Positions 1-12,300 of a stretch of 64,000 nucleotides of DNA are shown in pieces. Below the pieces are notes generated by a model, which was not told the origin of the DNA, searched no databases, and saw only the letters and a program-made list of their open reading frames with translations. The first letter of the stretch is position 1. Each line of letters starts with the position of its first letter. The DNA lies in the NCBI GenBank assembly GCA_009103225.1, contig RHPI01001428.1, positions 62,001 through 126,000 of the forward strand. The letters run 5' to 3'. Position numbers and translations under genes: made by a program. This stretch comes from Chlorokybus atmophyticus. Taxonomy: Eukaryota > Plantae > Mesostigma and Chlorokybus algae.

Positions 1-2201
1 GAAACTCACATTCAATGAGGACATTGGATGCCATTGGGGGGGGAATGTCACGGGATGCCGACCCGATAATAATGCTACAATAGCCACAAAACACACTTCA
101 TGCTTTTGCGGCCTAGGGGTATGTTACACCGCCCCGGCTCTCATTCACTTGGTTAATTGCACGCATATATTATGGGCCCCTTGCCAAGCCTTGATTGTTT
201 AATATCTGATCCTCGGTGTGCTGCTTGGTGTGCTAAGCTATGCGTTGAGTGTTATGCTGTGTGCTCGAGTGTGTTTTTTTTTTGTTGCATCTATTAACTG
301 ATTAGCCTATGCTCATGCCCTTTTTGATTGATGCATGCTTGCCTTTTGCTTGTGTTGATGCTTGAGCTTGTACCACACCACGCGGTGTGTGTCTTGCATT
401 TTCACATTTGCATCCATACCACCGAAAAGCTATGTGTTATGCGAAATTGCACACAGCCCGCTAGATTAAGCATTGCAAGTACACTTTACGCTCACCTTCG
501 TCTACTTTTGCTCATAAAGTAAATGCCATACTTGTGGACACGTTTCAAGGCTAAGTAGTTACTACAGTGAAAGTTGTGTTAATTGTATTAAGGCAATTCG
601 TCTTATAGATGCCGACAATTGTAAATCAATAACTTTTACATTTACCAGATATGCTTCCACAAATGGGCATTACATTGCCGGTGTGTGGAAGTATCATCAG
701 CAACAATTGGGCGTAATTTGCGTAAATTTGTATTGTAAAGCAATCATTGCTTCCAGTACTTTGAGTACGGCTTTTCACAATGCGCGGCACACAGATGCAC
801 GCATTGCATGATATCGGAACGGATGCATCATTTTTTTGCATCGTGCATCTCGCCTTAGCGCGGCTGATTGTAATGGGGCAATCGGCCCATGGGCATCTTG
901 GCTAAAATGAGCCGCTGTCCACGATCACGCAATGCTACCCTTTTACACTGTAGCGTGTGCACATCATCAAGTGCAAGTGTAGTATCTCGTACAATTACAA
1001 GCCACAGCCTATATTCTTTCGCTTATACTATCAACTTTTCAAAAGCAAGTTGCTAGCTAGCCTACTAGTTAACCCCTCAAGTTTTAGCCGGCGTGCGTAA
1101 TGAAAGGGCGCGAAGCTGCGGCAATGGTGGCCATGCTAATGGTCGACATTGCAAGCAGCGCCGGCTATGGAGGCGGATGTCGCATTGGTGGCAGCGCTAC
1201 CGCTAGCGGTGAGGGTGACAAGCATGGAGGATGTAGTAGTGCCACGCGTGATGAGCCGCTTGTGAGTGTGTTGCGCATCATGTGCAGGGACGCCGTTATT
1301 ATGGCATAATAATAATGAGACCATGTACATACGATATGACAGAGAAGATGATGGTTTTATATTACACGTGTAAGTATGAAAACATTGTGGCAAGACTTCA
1401 TGCATAATTTTTACATGAAAAAAGTATGCAAGCTGCAGGGGTAGGCTATAGATGGCGATGTCTGGGGTTAAGGGCGCTGGGATGTGTGAAAGTCTATTGC
1501 TGGCTAATCGAGATAGCAGAAACAGTAGTGCGCTAGGCCCCGCTCGCAGCACGTCAGGCAGGGAAAGGCAGCACATGGCTGTTGGCATGCTATCATATGT
1601 CAAACTTGAGCCAAATTACTCGGATACTACTTTATAACAACGACACGAAATGGACATGCATTCATATAAAGGTGTGGCAATTTACGTATGTTATTGATCA
1701 GTATACTCAAAGCAAATAGCTACTTTGTAATGTCGTATAGGCATTTAAATGCCTGTAAAAAACGACGGCTCCGATGACAGTAAACTGGCATCACTCGTAT
1801 CCACTTTGACTTTACATACGCACCGCATGCATTGCGAGATGGCCCTATGGCTGTTATGGAACCTTAACGCATGCTTGTGAGTAGTTCGCGCTAGGTAGTC
1901 ACCATTTTCTATGTTGTTAAGATCTAATTAAGGCCGCAGTCGTTTAATTAAAGGCACTGTTAATTAAAGGCACTGTTTCACAGTGGTTTGCCGTCTTTGG
2001 AAAGGTGTAACTGAGTTATGGCGGCGTATTTGCCGCGGGTCTCAACGGGAAGTCGTCTACCACGTCTATCACAATGTATGTGGCCCCTGAATGCCTTTAA
2101 CAGCACGCAAATGCGCTTGACATACCCAAAGTGACCTTAACAACTCACACTGGTTGAGTCTTGCACTGCAACTTGAGGGGAAAACTTAATAAATAAGAAG
2201 A

Positions 2202-2441
2202 TGTCGTGCCTGTCATGGTCGAGGGCAACCTTGTCTCGGACAGGCTGCAGAGGAGTGCTAGTGCTGCACGCATGCTAGTGCCGTGCACTGCATTGGAGTC
2301 ATGCAAGCAAAAGACAACCCCCCAATCGTGGGCATAGGCTTGAAGATGAGCCTACGCGGTGTTTAGTGCAGTGGACGAGCCGATGTTGCTCGCCACCTTT
2401 GTGTACAGACTGTGTCGTAGTGCACACAGTCAACAAGCCAC
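2202..2441 (-). repeat. Repeat A, terminal copy (240 bp); partner at 3093-3332
   Basis: Direct repeat of 3093-3332 at an offset of 891 bp, with 2 visible substitutions (CC/TT). Confidence 0.95.
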
Positions 2442-3090
2442 TACGATAGGTAGTGCTGTGGACACAGTTCTTTGCATGAGTGGATAGAATGATACACTGT
2501 TAAGTGAGGTGAATGAGTGTGCAACACGTGGATACAACACCCTGACTACTGAAACAACACACCACCGTCAAGCTCACAGCAATGGCAGGCACAGCGCACA
2601 AGAGCATGCACCGTGTCTCACGCAGTAAGGGAATTCTTGGCAACCGGGGCAGCGTGCTTCCAGTTCAAGTCGCTTCACAAGCTCTTTAGAAACAGAGTCT
2701 TTACTTCTTAGTACTCCTAGTACTCACAGTACTCACTTACAGTGTCACCAGCCAGTCTGGTGACGTGACTTCCTACTTATACATGTCAAATCATGACTGT
2801 GCAGTGCCACGCGGGCACTAGGCCAACGGTCACATCGAGGCCTCATGCTATTTCGGAAATCTCCTAAGACTTGATATAGCACATGTGTTCTTAACAGACT
2901 TGCAACTGATCAGCTACGCGCGGTCCCTACAGACAGGTCTATAAAGTAGCCCTAGCTACAGGCTACATGAGTGATACAGTAGCTAGCAGTAGGCTGGGGC
3001 TCGCGCGGTCTTCATGCTGGTAGCCCGGGCGTGGGGCTGGGTGTAGGCATGCTTGAGAAGAACTGGCATGCGAGGGTAGATGGCATGACA
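2428..3090 (-). repeat. Repeat B, internal/3' copy (~663 bp); partner at 12675-13346
   Basis: About 99% identical to 12675-13346 (about 5 substitutions and one 9-bp indel in a CACAGTACT repeat). Overlaps repeat A by the 14-mer AGTCAACAAGCCAC. Confidence 0.95.
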
Positions 3091-3092
3091 GC

Positions 3093-3332
3093 TGTCGTGC
3101 CTGTCATGGTCGAGGGCAACCTTGTCTCGGACAGGCTGCAGAGGAGTGCTAGTGCTGCACGCATGCTAGTGCCGTGCACTGCATTGGAGTCATGCAAGCA
3201 AAAGACAACCCCCCAATCGTGGGCATAGGCTTGAAGATGAGCCTACGCGGTGTTTAGTGCAGTGGACGAGCCGATGCCGCTCGCCACCTTTGTGTACAGA
3301 CTGTGTCGTAGTGCACACAGTCAACAAGCCAC
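3093..3332 (-). repeat. Repeat A, internal copy, directly after the polypurine tract
   Basis: Matches 2202-2441. On the minus strand it follows AGGGGGGG (3339-3332) and joins B through a GC dinucleotide (3091-3092). Confidence 0.95.
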
Positions 3333-3339
3333 CCCCCCT
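3332..3339 (-). other. Polypurine tract (AGGGGGGG)
   Basis: Short purine run about 40 nt after the pol stop codon, immediately followed by TGG at the start of repeat A. Confidence 0.6.
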
Positions 3340-3377
3340 GAGATTCTGGGGTAGCCCTCTGCTCCAGAACTCAGTTC

Positions 3378-6300
3378 CTACCGACTGTGTGGGGGACCGT
3401 TGATGCGGCAGTCATCGCACCAGTACTCCCACAAGGGTACTGCGTCCAGTGGAGGGTCAAGGCAGTAGCAGTGCATGCCTTGATTACAGCCGTCGCATAA
3501 CATCATCAATGGGTCGTCGTCGGCGCTGCCACACTTCTCGCATCGGGTGCTGCGCAGCGGACGCGGGTGCTGGATCTTGGTGAAGCCAGCAATGTAGGGG
3601 AGATGACAGGGCGCGCAGTTGACCATGTTGTCCTTCATGCGCTCGCCTCGTTGTCCCAACAGGTCCAGTACCCCTGTGGGGTGCACCTTCAATACCTTGT
3701 AGACAGCACGCCCGACGGAGGTATCGAGGGTGTCGCGTGTAGACGCCATACGGTAGACGAAGTCTCCTGACTCGAAGCGGCGCTCCCGCTCCTTGTAGAA
3801 ACCACTGCGCACACGCTCGTAACGCAGCGTGTCGCGGTGCTGCGCGATGCGCAGGTTGTTGAAGGCCATGGGGACTGTGTGTTCGAACAGCGCACTGCGC
3901 ACTGTCAGATCATACAACATCTCGTCGGGGTTGTCGAGATTGTCCACCACTCTGTCGACCTCCTGCTGTGCGCGGAAAGGGAGCAATGGCTGCCTTCCGA
4001 ACAGTAGATAGTATGGGCTGTACTCTCGCAGGGCTGCCTGCTTGGACAGCCGGTAGCCCATTGCTACCCATGGGAGGTGATCATCCCAGGTATTCTTCTC
4101 GTAGGCAAGGACGTACTTGCGCAGTGCCTTCTTGATGGTCTGCACGGTACGCTCGGCGAGGCCGTCGGCCTGCGGGTGGTCGCGTGAGGTGCGACGGTGG
4201 TCGATGAAGCATCTGTCGATAAGCTTGTCGAAGGCTCCTCTGAACTCCGTACCCTGGTCGGTGATGACTTCAGCGCAGCTGCCGAAGCGTCCGAGTACAT
4301 GGGAGAGGAAAGCCTGGGCTACTCCCTCACTGCTCTTGTCGGGCAGGGGCACCAGCTCCACCCACTTGGAGAAGTGCTCGATCATGACGAGGATGTAGCG
4401 GTTGCCTCGCGCTGAGGGCGCTAGGTCTCCGAGGATGTCCAGTCCCCAGCGGTAGAACAACCCGGAAATGGGAAGGGGATGCAAGGTGGCATTGCGCGTG
4501 TTGAGGCTGGCGCGAACCATGTCACACTGCTGACAGTTGCTGACGAACTCCCGCACCTGTCTGTGCACCCCATACCACCAGTACTGGGTCCTGACCAGGC
4601 TGACCGTGCGCTTGACACCGAAGTGCCCGAGCTCGGTGTGAAGGGAGGAGATGATGCCTTCACGTGCAGCTGGTGTGGGGACCTCCTGATCTGCATCTTG
4701 TATCCGTCGATACAGCCTGTCGTTGGCCCAGCGGTAACGCTGAGTGCGTTGTCGGACGCGGTCCTTCTCGCGTGCGCTCATGCCTGCTGGAAGTTGTCCA
4801 GTCTGAAGCAGTGCGAGGGATGGCTCGTCCAGCCAGATGTCTTGTCGTGTGTCGGTGGGTGCCAGCTCCTCATCATCCACCTCAGGGTCGGCAGCGATTG
4901 CTTCTTCTGATAAAGGATCGGTGGTGGTGATGGCGGGCTCGAGAGCGGGCATGTCCCCGTCTGCTGCTGCCTCAGCGATCTGAGTCCTGCGTCCTGAGCG
5001 TAGCGCAGCGACAGCGAACATGGTGGCCACACCTGCAGGTGCAGCTGTAGGACCCAACTCATGTCGGGCGCCTGTGGCGTCGTTGGTGCTGAGGTGGGGG
5101 TTACGGCTGAGGCCATCCGCATCCTGGTTGGCAAGGCCTGCGCGGTGTTCCACCTCGAAGTCGTACTCCTGGAGCAGCAGCGCCCATCGTGCTAACTTTC
5201 CTGTCAAGTGCTGGTTGTTCATTAGCCACTTGAGGGGTTGATGGTCAGTGACCAGTTGGAACTGCCGTCCAAACAGAAAGGGTCGGAAGAAGGAGATGGC
5301 CCACACTGCGGCGAGACACTCCCCTTCGTAGCTGCTGTAGTTGGCCTCAGCACTGTTGTTGCTGCGGCTGGCGTACGACACTACGCGCTCCTTCTTGTTG
5401 TTGTCATGCTGTACGAGCACGGCCCCCATGCCGAGCTTGCTCCAGTCTGTGTGCAGGATGAACGACCTGGTGTAGTCAGGGCGTTGCAGAATGGGAGCTG
5501 TGGTGAGGCGGAGCTTCAGCTCCTGAAAGGCCTCCTGTTGTGCCTCCTTCCACAAGAACTCGGTGTCCTTCTTCAGTAGTTCGTTGAGAGGCCTTGCGAT
5601 CTTGGCAAAGTCTTTGACAAACCGGCGGTAATAGTTGGCAAGGCCGAGGAAGGCCCGCAGCCGCGTGAGGTCTGTGGGGGCAGGGATAGCCACCAGTGCC
5701 TCCACTTTGGCCTGCTGTACGTACACACCATGGGGCACAATCATGTGTCCTAGGTAGGGTACCTTGTGGGTGAAGAAGGTGCACTTGTCAGGGTGCACCG
5801 TCATCCCGACTTTCTTCAGCCTCTGTAGCACCTCTTCGATGTGCTGGAGATGCTCCTCATTGCTGTGAGTGAAGATGAGGATGTCGTCGATGTAGCAGCG
5901 CGCGAAGTCCAACCCCTTGAGGGCTTTGTCCATGACGCGCTGGAACTTGGCCGGAGCGTTCTTCAGTCCGAAGGGCATGACCTTCCACTGGTACAGCTGC
6001 CGGTTTCCCCAGAAGGAAGTCTTGTGCTTGTCCTCCTCCTTGATGGCGATCTGGTTGTACCCTTGGCGCATATCCAAGATACTAAAGACCGTGCATTCTC
6101 CTAAATCGTCAAAGATGCCTTCTGCGGTAGGCATTGGATACCTGTCCTGCTTGGTCTTGTCGTTTAGGGGGCGATAGTCGCCACACATGCGCCGGTCTGT
6201 CCAGTTGCCTGATAAATCTTTCTTCAGGGGCACGACGGTCGCGGCCGCAAAGTCCAATGTGGACTCCTCGATCAGGCCTGCATCTAGCAGCGCCTTGCAC

Positions 6301-9300
6301 CTCTGTTCCACCAAGTCTTCTTCTAGCTTGGAGAGGCGGTACTGTCTTCTGAACACCGGTTCGGTGTCCACTAGTTCAATGTCCATCTGGTATGCCGAGC
6401 ATATGCCCAGCTCCTTCACACTGAAGCTGAATTGGCTCCTCCACCTGTTGAGGAGAGCCTCGAGTTGCTCTCGAGTCTGGCCTGTGGCCAGCGGTCCAAT
6501 GCCGTGGGACCATGAGGTAGCGTTGGCGACCACTGGAATGTCTTCCACAGTGATTGCTGCCTGCTCCTCCATGTGGGCGGTCTCGAGGGCGGTGTGTGCT
6601 GCTTTGGTCTCTGGAAAGCGAGCAATCCACCCCCCAGCCAGGTGTTCAAGCTCCTGGAAGGACACATGGCGGTCCTGGAGAGCAAAGCACATTTCCAAGT
6701 ACCACACCATGCTGTTCTGATCCATGGCGCGTCCTAACAACTGACATTGTTGACTGGTTGTCAGCGTGGAGCCTGTGATGCTGCTTGGAAAGAATCCCAT
6801 AGCACGCTCGCGCTCGCGGGCATTGGGTTCTTCCAGCTGTCCAGTGTTGGAGTCCAACACCATGCCGTCGCCTGCATTGCGGAACGCGTAGGAGCCTGGA
6901 TAGGATACTAGTGTGGGTAGCGCGCGGCGCGGCTGACCAGGCTGGTTGCACTGGTAGAAGTGGTGGTGGTCAAGGCGTGTGACTGGTTGCGCTGTGCGTC
7001 CAGGGTCCAGGATGTCATCGACGACGAGATTTCGTGGCCGATTGCTGTATAGGTACTCTGCCAGAAACAGGTCTTCCACAATGGCCAGGTTGGTCCACTT
7101 GGCGCGGACGCGGTGTGCACGAGATCCATGACGCGCGGCGTTGATTTTGAGAGGATGCCCCAGCAAGGAGCATACTTGCCGATAGGCCTTGGCGACGTGA
7201 TGCCGCTTGTCATCCTCGGAGTGCACATTCTCGATGATGTACCCCAAGGGCCTAGCGATCTGACTGATCTGTAGGAGTTTGATGACTCTCATTAGCTCCC
7301 AGAACAGCTGTGAGCGAGGATCCGAGAGCCCTTGGCCTCTGCCTGCCCTGGAGTGCCCTTGACACTCCCACCCTGCTATCAGCAGGTCAATGTTGCCGAC
7401 TGCCTGCAGGTGATCCTTGGTAATCCAGCGGATGTCCTGCGGTAGAGCCTTCTGGCTCCCTTGCAGTGCCGACAGTGGTAGCTGCTGCGGGTAGCGCTGG
7501 TGCAGCTGTCGTAAATGATGGCTCAGAGCCTCCTGTGCATGAGGGTCAGGGTCACAGTAGAGGTACTTGGTGACTGTTGTTCCTGTGTTGAGGACAGCCG
7601 CAAGCCCACTGCCTATGCCTCCGAACAGCTCCAGCACGGTGATGCCTTGTTGTCGGCGGAACATGTGGAACTCCACAACTCCCGTAGCTATGTGGTACTG
7701 CTCCTGCACTGTAGCCTGGTCTTTGTAGGCAGGGAAGTGTGCAGTGAGCTGAGGCCTGGTCAGCAGCATGTGTGCTGCTACTTGTGCGCTCCAGCGACGC
7801 TCGGATGGCTCCTGAAAGGCCACTTCTTTGGTGACAGTCTCCTGAGACTCATCGTACGGTGTAGGAGAGTCCTCTTCAGCGTTTAGGCTCGGGCTCGAGC
7901 TCGTTGCAGTTGTCCTCGGCTGCGTTCGGGCACGAGGCACACGTGAGCTTTTTGTAAGACTGTAGGTGGCTGCTGCAGCCGATCTTCGTTGCGAGCGGTC
8001 CTTGGCCACCAGTTCGAGAGGTAGGAATCCCTGCTCCTCTCCATCGTCCTCATCCCAATGTGGTCGAAACCATGCCTGCTCAGTCCAGCAGTCCAGCCCC
8101 ATGCCGACAGGGAAGTTGCAGTCCTGTCCCAACAGTAGGTCAAAGGACCCGGCATCGGTGACCACACACCTTTGTACAATCTCGGTGCTGTGGGAAGGGT
8201 TTAGTCCGGTGAGGCGGATGCTCACAGCCTGCTTGGTAAGGCCGAGCACCTTGTCGCGGTTGCCGGTTGCGGTGTCCAGCTGGTAGGGACAGGGAAGCAG
8301 CTCAGCGCTGGTGATGCCGAGATCTCGTGCGAGGTAGCGCCCAATGATGACAGGCTGTGCTCCAGTGTCCAGCATCACGCGTTTGGGTGCCCGCCCATTG
8401 ACGGTCACGTGCTTGCCTTGGTTGGCGATCATGGCTGCATTGGCGTTGATGCGCAGCCTCTTGAAGCGACGGAACCTCTTGCGTGGAGAGACTGTTGCTT
8501 TACTCTCATCTGCGGGGCCTGACCGTAGGGCAGCCAGGGCTCCTCTGCCTGATGGATCTTGTGGGCCTCCTTGTCCTCGGCTTTGTCCAAACCGTCCTTG
8601 TCGCGGTTGCTGGTACACGCGTGGTGGCCTAGGCACTGGAGGTGCTGCTGCAACCTGTCCAAGTGGAGGTGCAGGAGGGTTGACCCTCTGTGCAGCTGTT
8701 GTCATGCCAGGAGGAGTGGCCAGTGGCTGTGGCGGGAACCCTGGAGGACCTGGTGTTTGCGGGACTGCCTCTCGTGCAGCCTGCTCCTCTGCATAGGTCC
8801 ATCGCACAGCATGGGCTGCCTCTCTGACTAGTGTACCTTCCCATGTAGCCGTCGCATTGTTGTCCACGTCTATATAGCGATGGTTCTGAGGCATGGGCTG
8901 CAGGTACACTGCGCGTAGGAGCCGCGCTCTCATGTCGTGGGTGATGGTGGGCACCCTGAGGATCCCTGCCATGTAAGCATCCCATCTGCCGTTGACCACT
9001 CCCACTTCCAGCACTGTTATTGCTCGTGTGCGTACAGTGAGGCGGGTCTCTGGCTGTTGGACATGCTGCTCGTAAGCAGCGGCGATGCGCCTGCGCTGAC
9101 GTCCTGCCTCCACTCCTGGCAAACTCAGTATAGCCTCCAGAGCTCCCTCCAGAGTGTCAGTGGCGGCGGAAGCCACTTCATCATAGGCTTGCCGTATGGA
9201 GCGAAGGAATGCGTCCACCCACGCTATTCTGGCGCCGAAAGCGAACAACGGGACTGCGGGATGGTTGGTGACCAGCCACGTCACTAACCGTGCGCGTGCC

Positions 9301-12300
9301 GCGTTGCCATTGTCTCGCATCCCAAGCATCTGCCGAAGTCCAATGCCTTCTTGCCGATGCAGCATGGTTGCTTGTCGCAACAGAGCAGTGCGTAGTTGTT
9401 GCTCTCCAACCAGTCCTGCTCCATCTCTTTGTGTACACCCTTGTGGTGTAAGGTAGCCCCTCCCTGGCTCCCTTTGGTCCTCAGGTAGATCCTCCACCAG
9501 CGCAGGCAGCAACGGGGCGATCACCCCCCTGATTTGTTGAGCCAACGCCCTCGCTTGGTCAGAGTTGGTCTCGACGAAGAGCGGAGTGGTGCTGGAGGAT
9601 GGACCAGCAGTTGGTGACTGAGGTATTGGTGCACGCGTAGCTTCAAGAGCTTGTTCACGTGCAGCAATGGCGGCAGCTTGATCCTGTCGCCAATGATATG
9701 CTTGTTCCAGTGCGTGGTAGCGCTGATGAAGGCGAGCGGTTGTAGGAGGTCCGAGTGCTTCATCAGTGCCCAAAGGCAGGTCGGCTGCGTCGGCGATGCG
9801 CTGCTGGACGGCGTCTCGGCGGTCCCGATACGTGTCCAACGGGCTGGGTTCAAAGGTGGTGGTTGGCATGCGTGCAGGCTGGCGCGGGGCGGTCTGCATG
9901 TTGTTGTGCAACGCCCAGAACAGCTGCAGAGCCAACTCCAACACTACAGGTGGGCTGTAGCTGATCAAAAACACCCTGTCACGCATCGGAGGTGCAGTGC
10001 CAGCAAGGATCTCATCTTCTAACTGGTGTTGAGTGAGTGCTGGAAGGGTGTGAACCTCTGGTAGCGGGAAGACGCGATCATCGCGGGCGACACGCGTGGT
10101 GCGCTCCCCCCCCCGACCGAAGGCGATGGTAGTGGGGTCTGCTCCGCGCAGGATGGTTTCCCATGCTCGCTCAGCTTGCTGACCAGTTGGGACAGCCTGA
10201 GTGACGTCGAGAGCGGGCAGAGTGGCTGCGCGCGTCGCTGCAGAGACAGCGGGCTCGACGATGGCCATTGTGGCAGTTGCGACGGTATCGGTCGGTGGTG
10301 CGAGAGTTGTCTCAACGCCTACGGACAGAGGCACTGCTGCAGTGGGAAGTGCACCGCCCACTGGTGCAGATTCGGTAGAGATGGCGGCTGTTGCCATTGT
10401 GCTCACCAGTGTCGGCGTCACGGTGTCCATCGGTGTACCAGGTTGTGGTGCAACTGGAGTGGGTGCTGCTGACGTTGGTGGAGTCGACGTTGTAGCCGGT
10501 GTGGCTGTTGCTGCGGAGGCAGCACCACTGGTGGCTTCGGAGGAGGTGCCTGCTGATGTTGTTGCAGCTTCCCCTCGTGCTCGTCGTGATGGTTGCACGC
10601 GGGACGGAGTGTTCCTGTCTCTCTCGCGTTTTGCAGCCATCAGCGCCCATCGGGCAGTGTAGCAGGCGCGGTAGTCCTGCTCCTTGTCTTCCTCCAAGCG
10701 TGCCATACGTGCCATGAGGGCTGCCATATGGTCATCAGCTGGTGGGTTGGCTGAAGCCTTGGCGGCAACAGCAGCAGCGCGCGGACGTGTCTCTGGTCCC
10801 TTACGCTGAGGAGGTCTGTTCTTCCCCCTGTAGCCTTGCTCTTCCTTGCGAACACTGGCGTTGTTGTTGTTGTTACTGCCACCAGCGTTGTTGCTGTTGT
10901 GGGCTCCAGTGTTGTTGCTATTGTAGCCACTGAAGTGGTTGCCAGTGTGGCCTCCAGTGTTGTTGCTGTTGTAGCCACTGAAGTTGTTGCCAGTGTGGCC
11001 TCCAGTGTTGTTGCTGTTGTAGCCACCGGAGTAGTTGTGGTTGTAGCTGTTGGCGGGCCTCAACTCTGGGAACTTGAGCCAGCAGACTGACTCCAAATGA
11101 CCAGTCTTGTGACAGTGGTCGCAAACCAAAGTTGAGTATTCTTCGGTGCACTCCTTTTGGTAGTGCCCATGCCGTCCACAGCGATGACACAGCACAGGGG
11201 CAGCAAGTGCAGCATGAGCTGACCGTTTCCCTTTGTCGCGTGCTGGTGGAGCGTCCCGGCCACGGTCGCGGCGAGGAGGCTCAGTTGTCGTGCTGACTAC
11301 AGGCCGTACGGCGCTGCGGTTGGTGTCCAGCACTGCCTTCTCATACACCAAGCGCTTGTGGATGGCTTGTGCAGTCTCGAAGGCTTCTTTGAGGGTGTAG
11401 CCAAGGGGCCTGCTGTAGTTCAGAGTCAGGCGTGTCGACTCGCTCAGAGCAGCATCCAACTCATTGACGTATATCACTGCAGCAGCCTCCTCACTGACAA
11501 TCTTGTAGTCAGTGTCCTTCAGCAGACCTTCCAGTCTGGAGTACAAGCGGAGGGGATCCTCATTGGGCTTGCGTCGGAAGCGTCTCAGCTCCTCAACCTT
11601 GCTGGTGGTCTGAGGAGGGAAGGTACGGCGCAGGGCAGCGTACAGGTCCTTGAGTGGAGAATCAGAGATGGCAGCACCTACGGTGATGGCTGGTGCGCGC
11701 AGTGCTACTGACCCGAGGGTGAAAGCGCTGCCTCCTGCACGAGAGCCAGGTGTTGCTGGAGGTAGAGGAGTACCCCACTCTGCGGCTGCCGCTTGCTGTA
11801 CAGCTCTTTGTTCCTCAATGATGATGGCAGAACGGTCAAGGATGCGGACTCGACGTGTGGCCTCCTTGGACTCAACTTCTGCAGGGGTCAAGTTGACAAG
11901 TACCAACTCTGGTTCCTCCTCCTCTGCCTGCTTGAGAGCTGCAGCTATGGTCAAGCCTGTTACTGCAACTGAAGTGGCAGGTGGAATGACACCTGCTGGA
12001 CGGTGCAGGGCTGCAGATGCTATGGTGCTGGCAAGCTCGCCATAGCCGTCTACTCGATGCAGTTCAGCAACGGACTTCCAGACATCGTGTGCTTCATGAT
12101 CAAGATACTGAGCAGCAATGTGGAAAGAGATCTCATCTGACCAGTCTTTGTTCTTCAGTGCTTGCTGCCGCATCTTGGAGTGGAACTTGATGATGAACTC
12201 ATCCAGCGAGGTGGTGCCGGCACGTCCGGAGAAGCGCAGGGATGTGGTTGAACTGGAAGATTCCATCTCGTTGTCGTCGCTGTCCGATGATAGTGGAGAA

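Noticed and set aside
2195-2201. Claim of a novel 7-bp TSD for the Gypsy element
   Set aside because: AAGAAGA is period-3, so an ordinary 4-bp TSD (AAGA) fits equally well; unresolved without the empty site.
1-2201. Short ORFs (328-1637) and a 16-17 bp tandem duplication near 1940-1973
   Set aside because: No recognisable domains or splice-consistent gene model; treated as intergenic.
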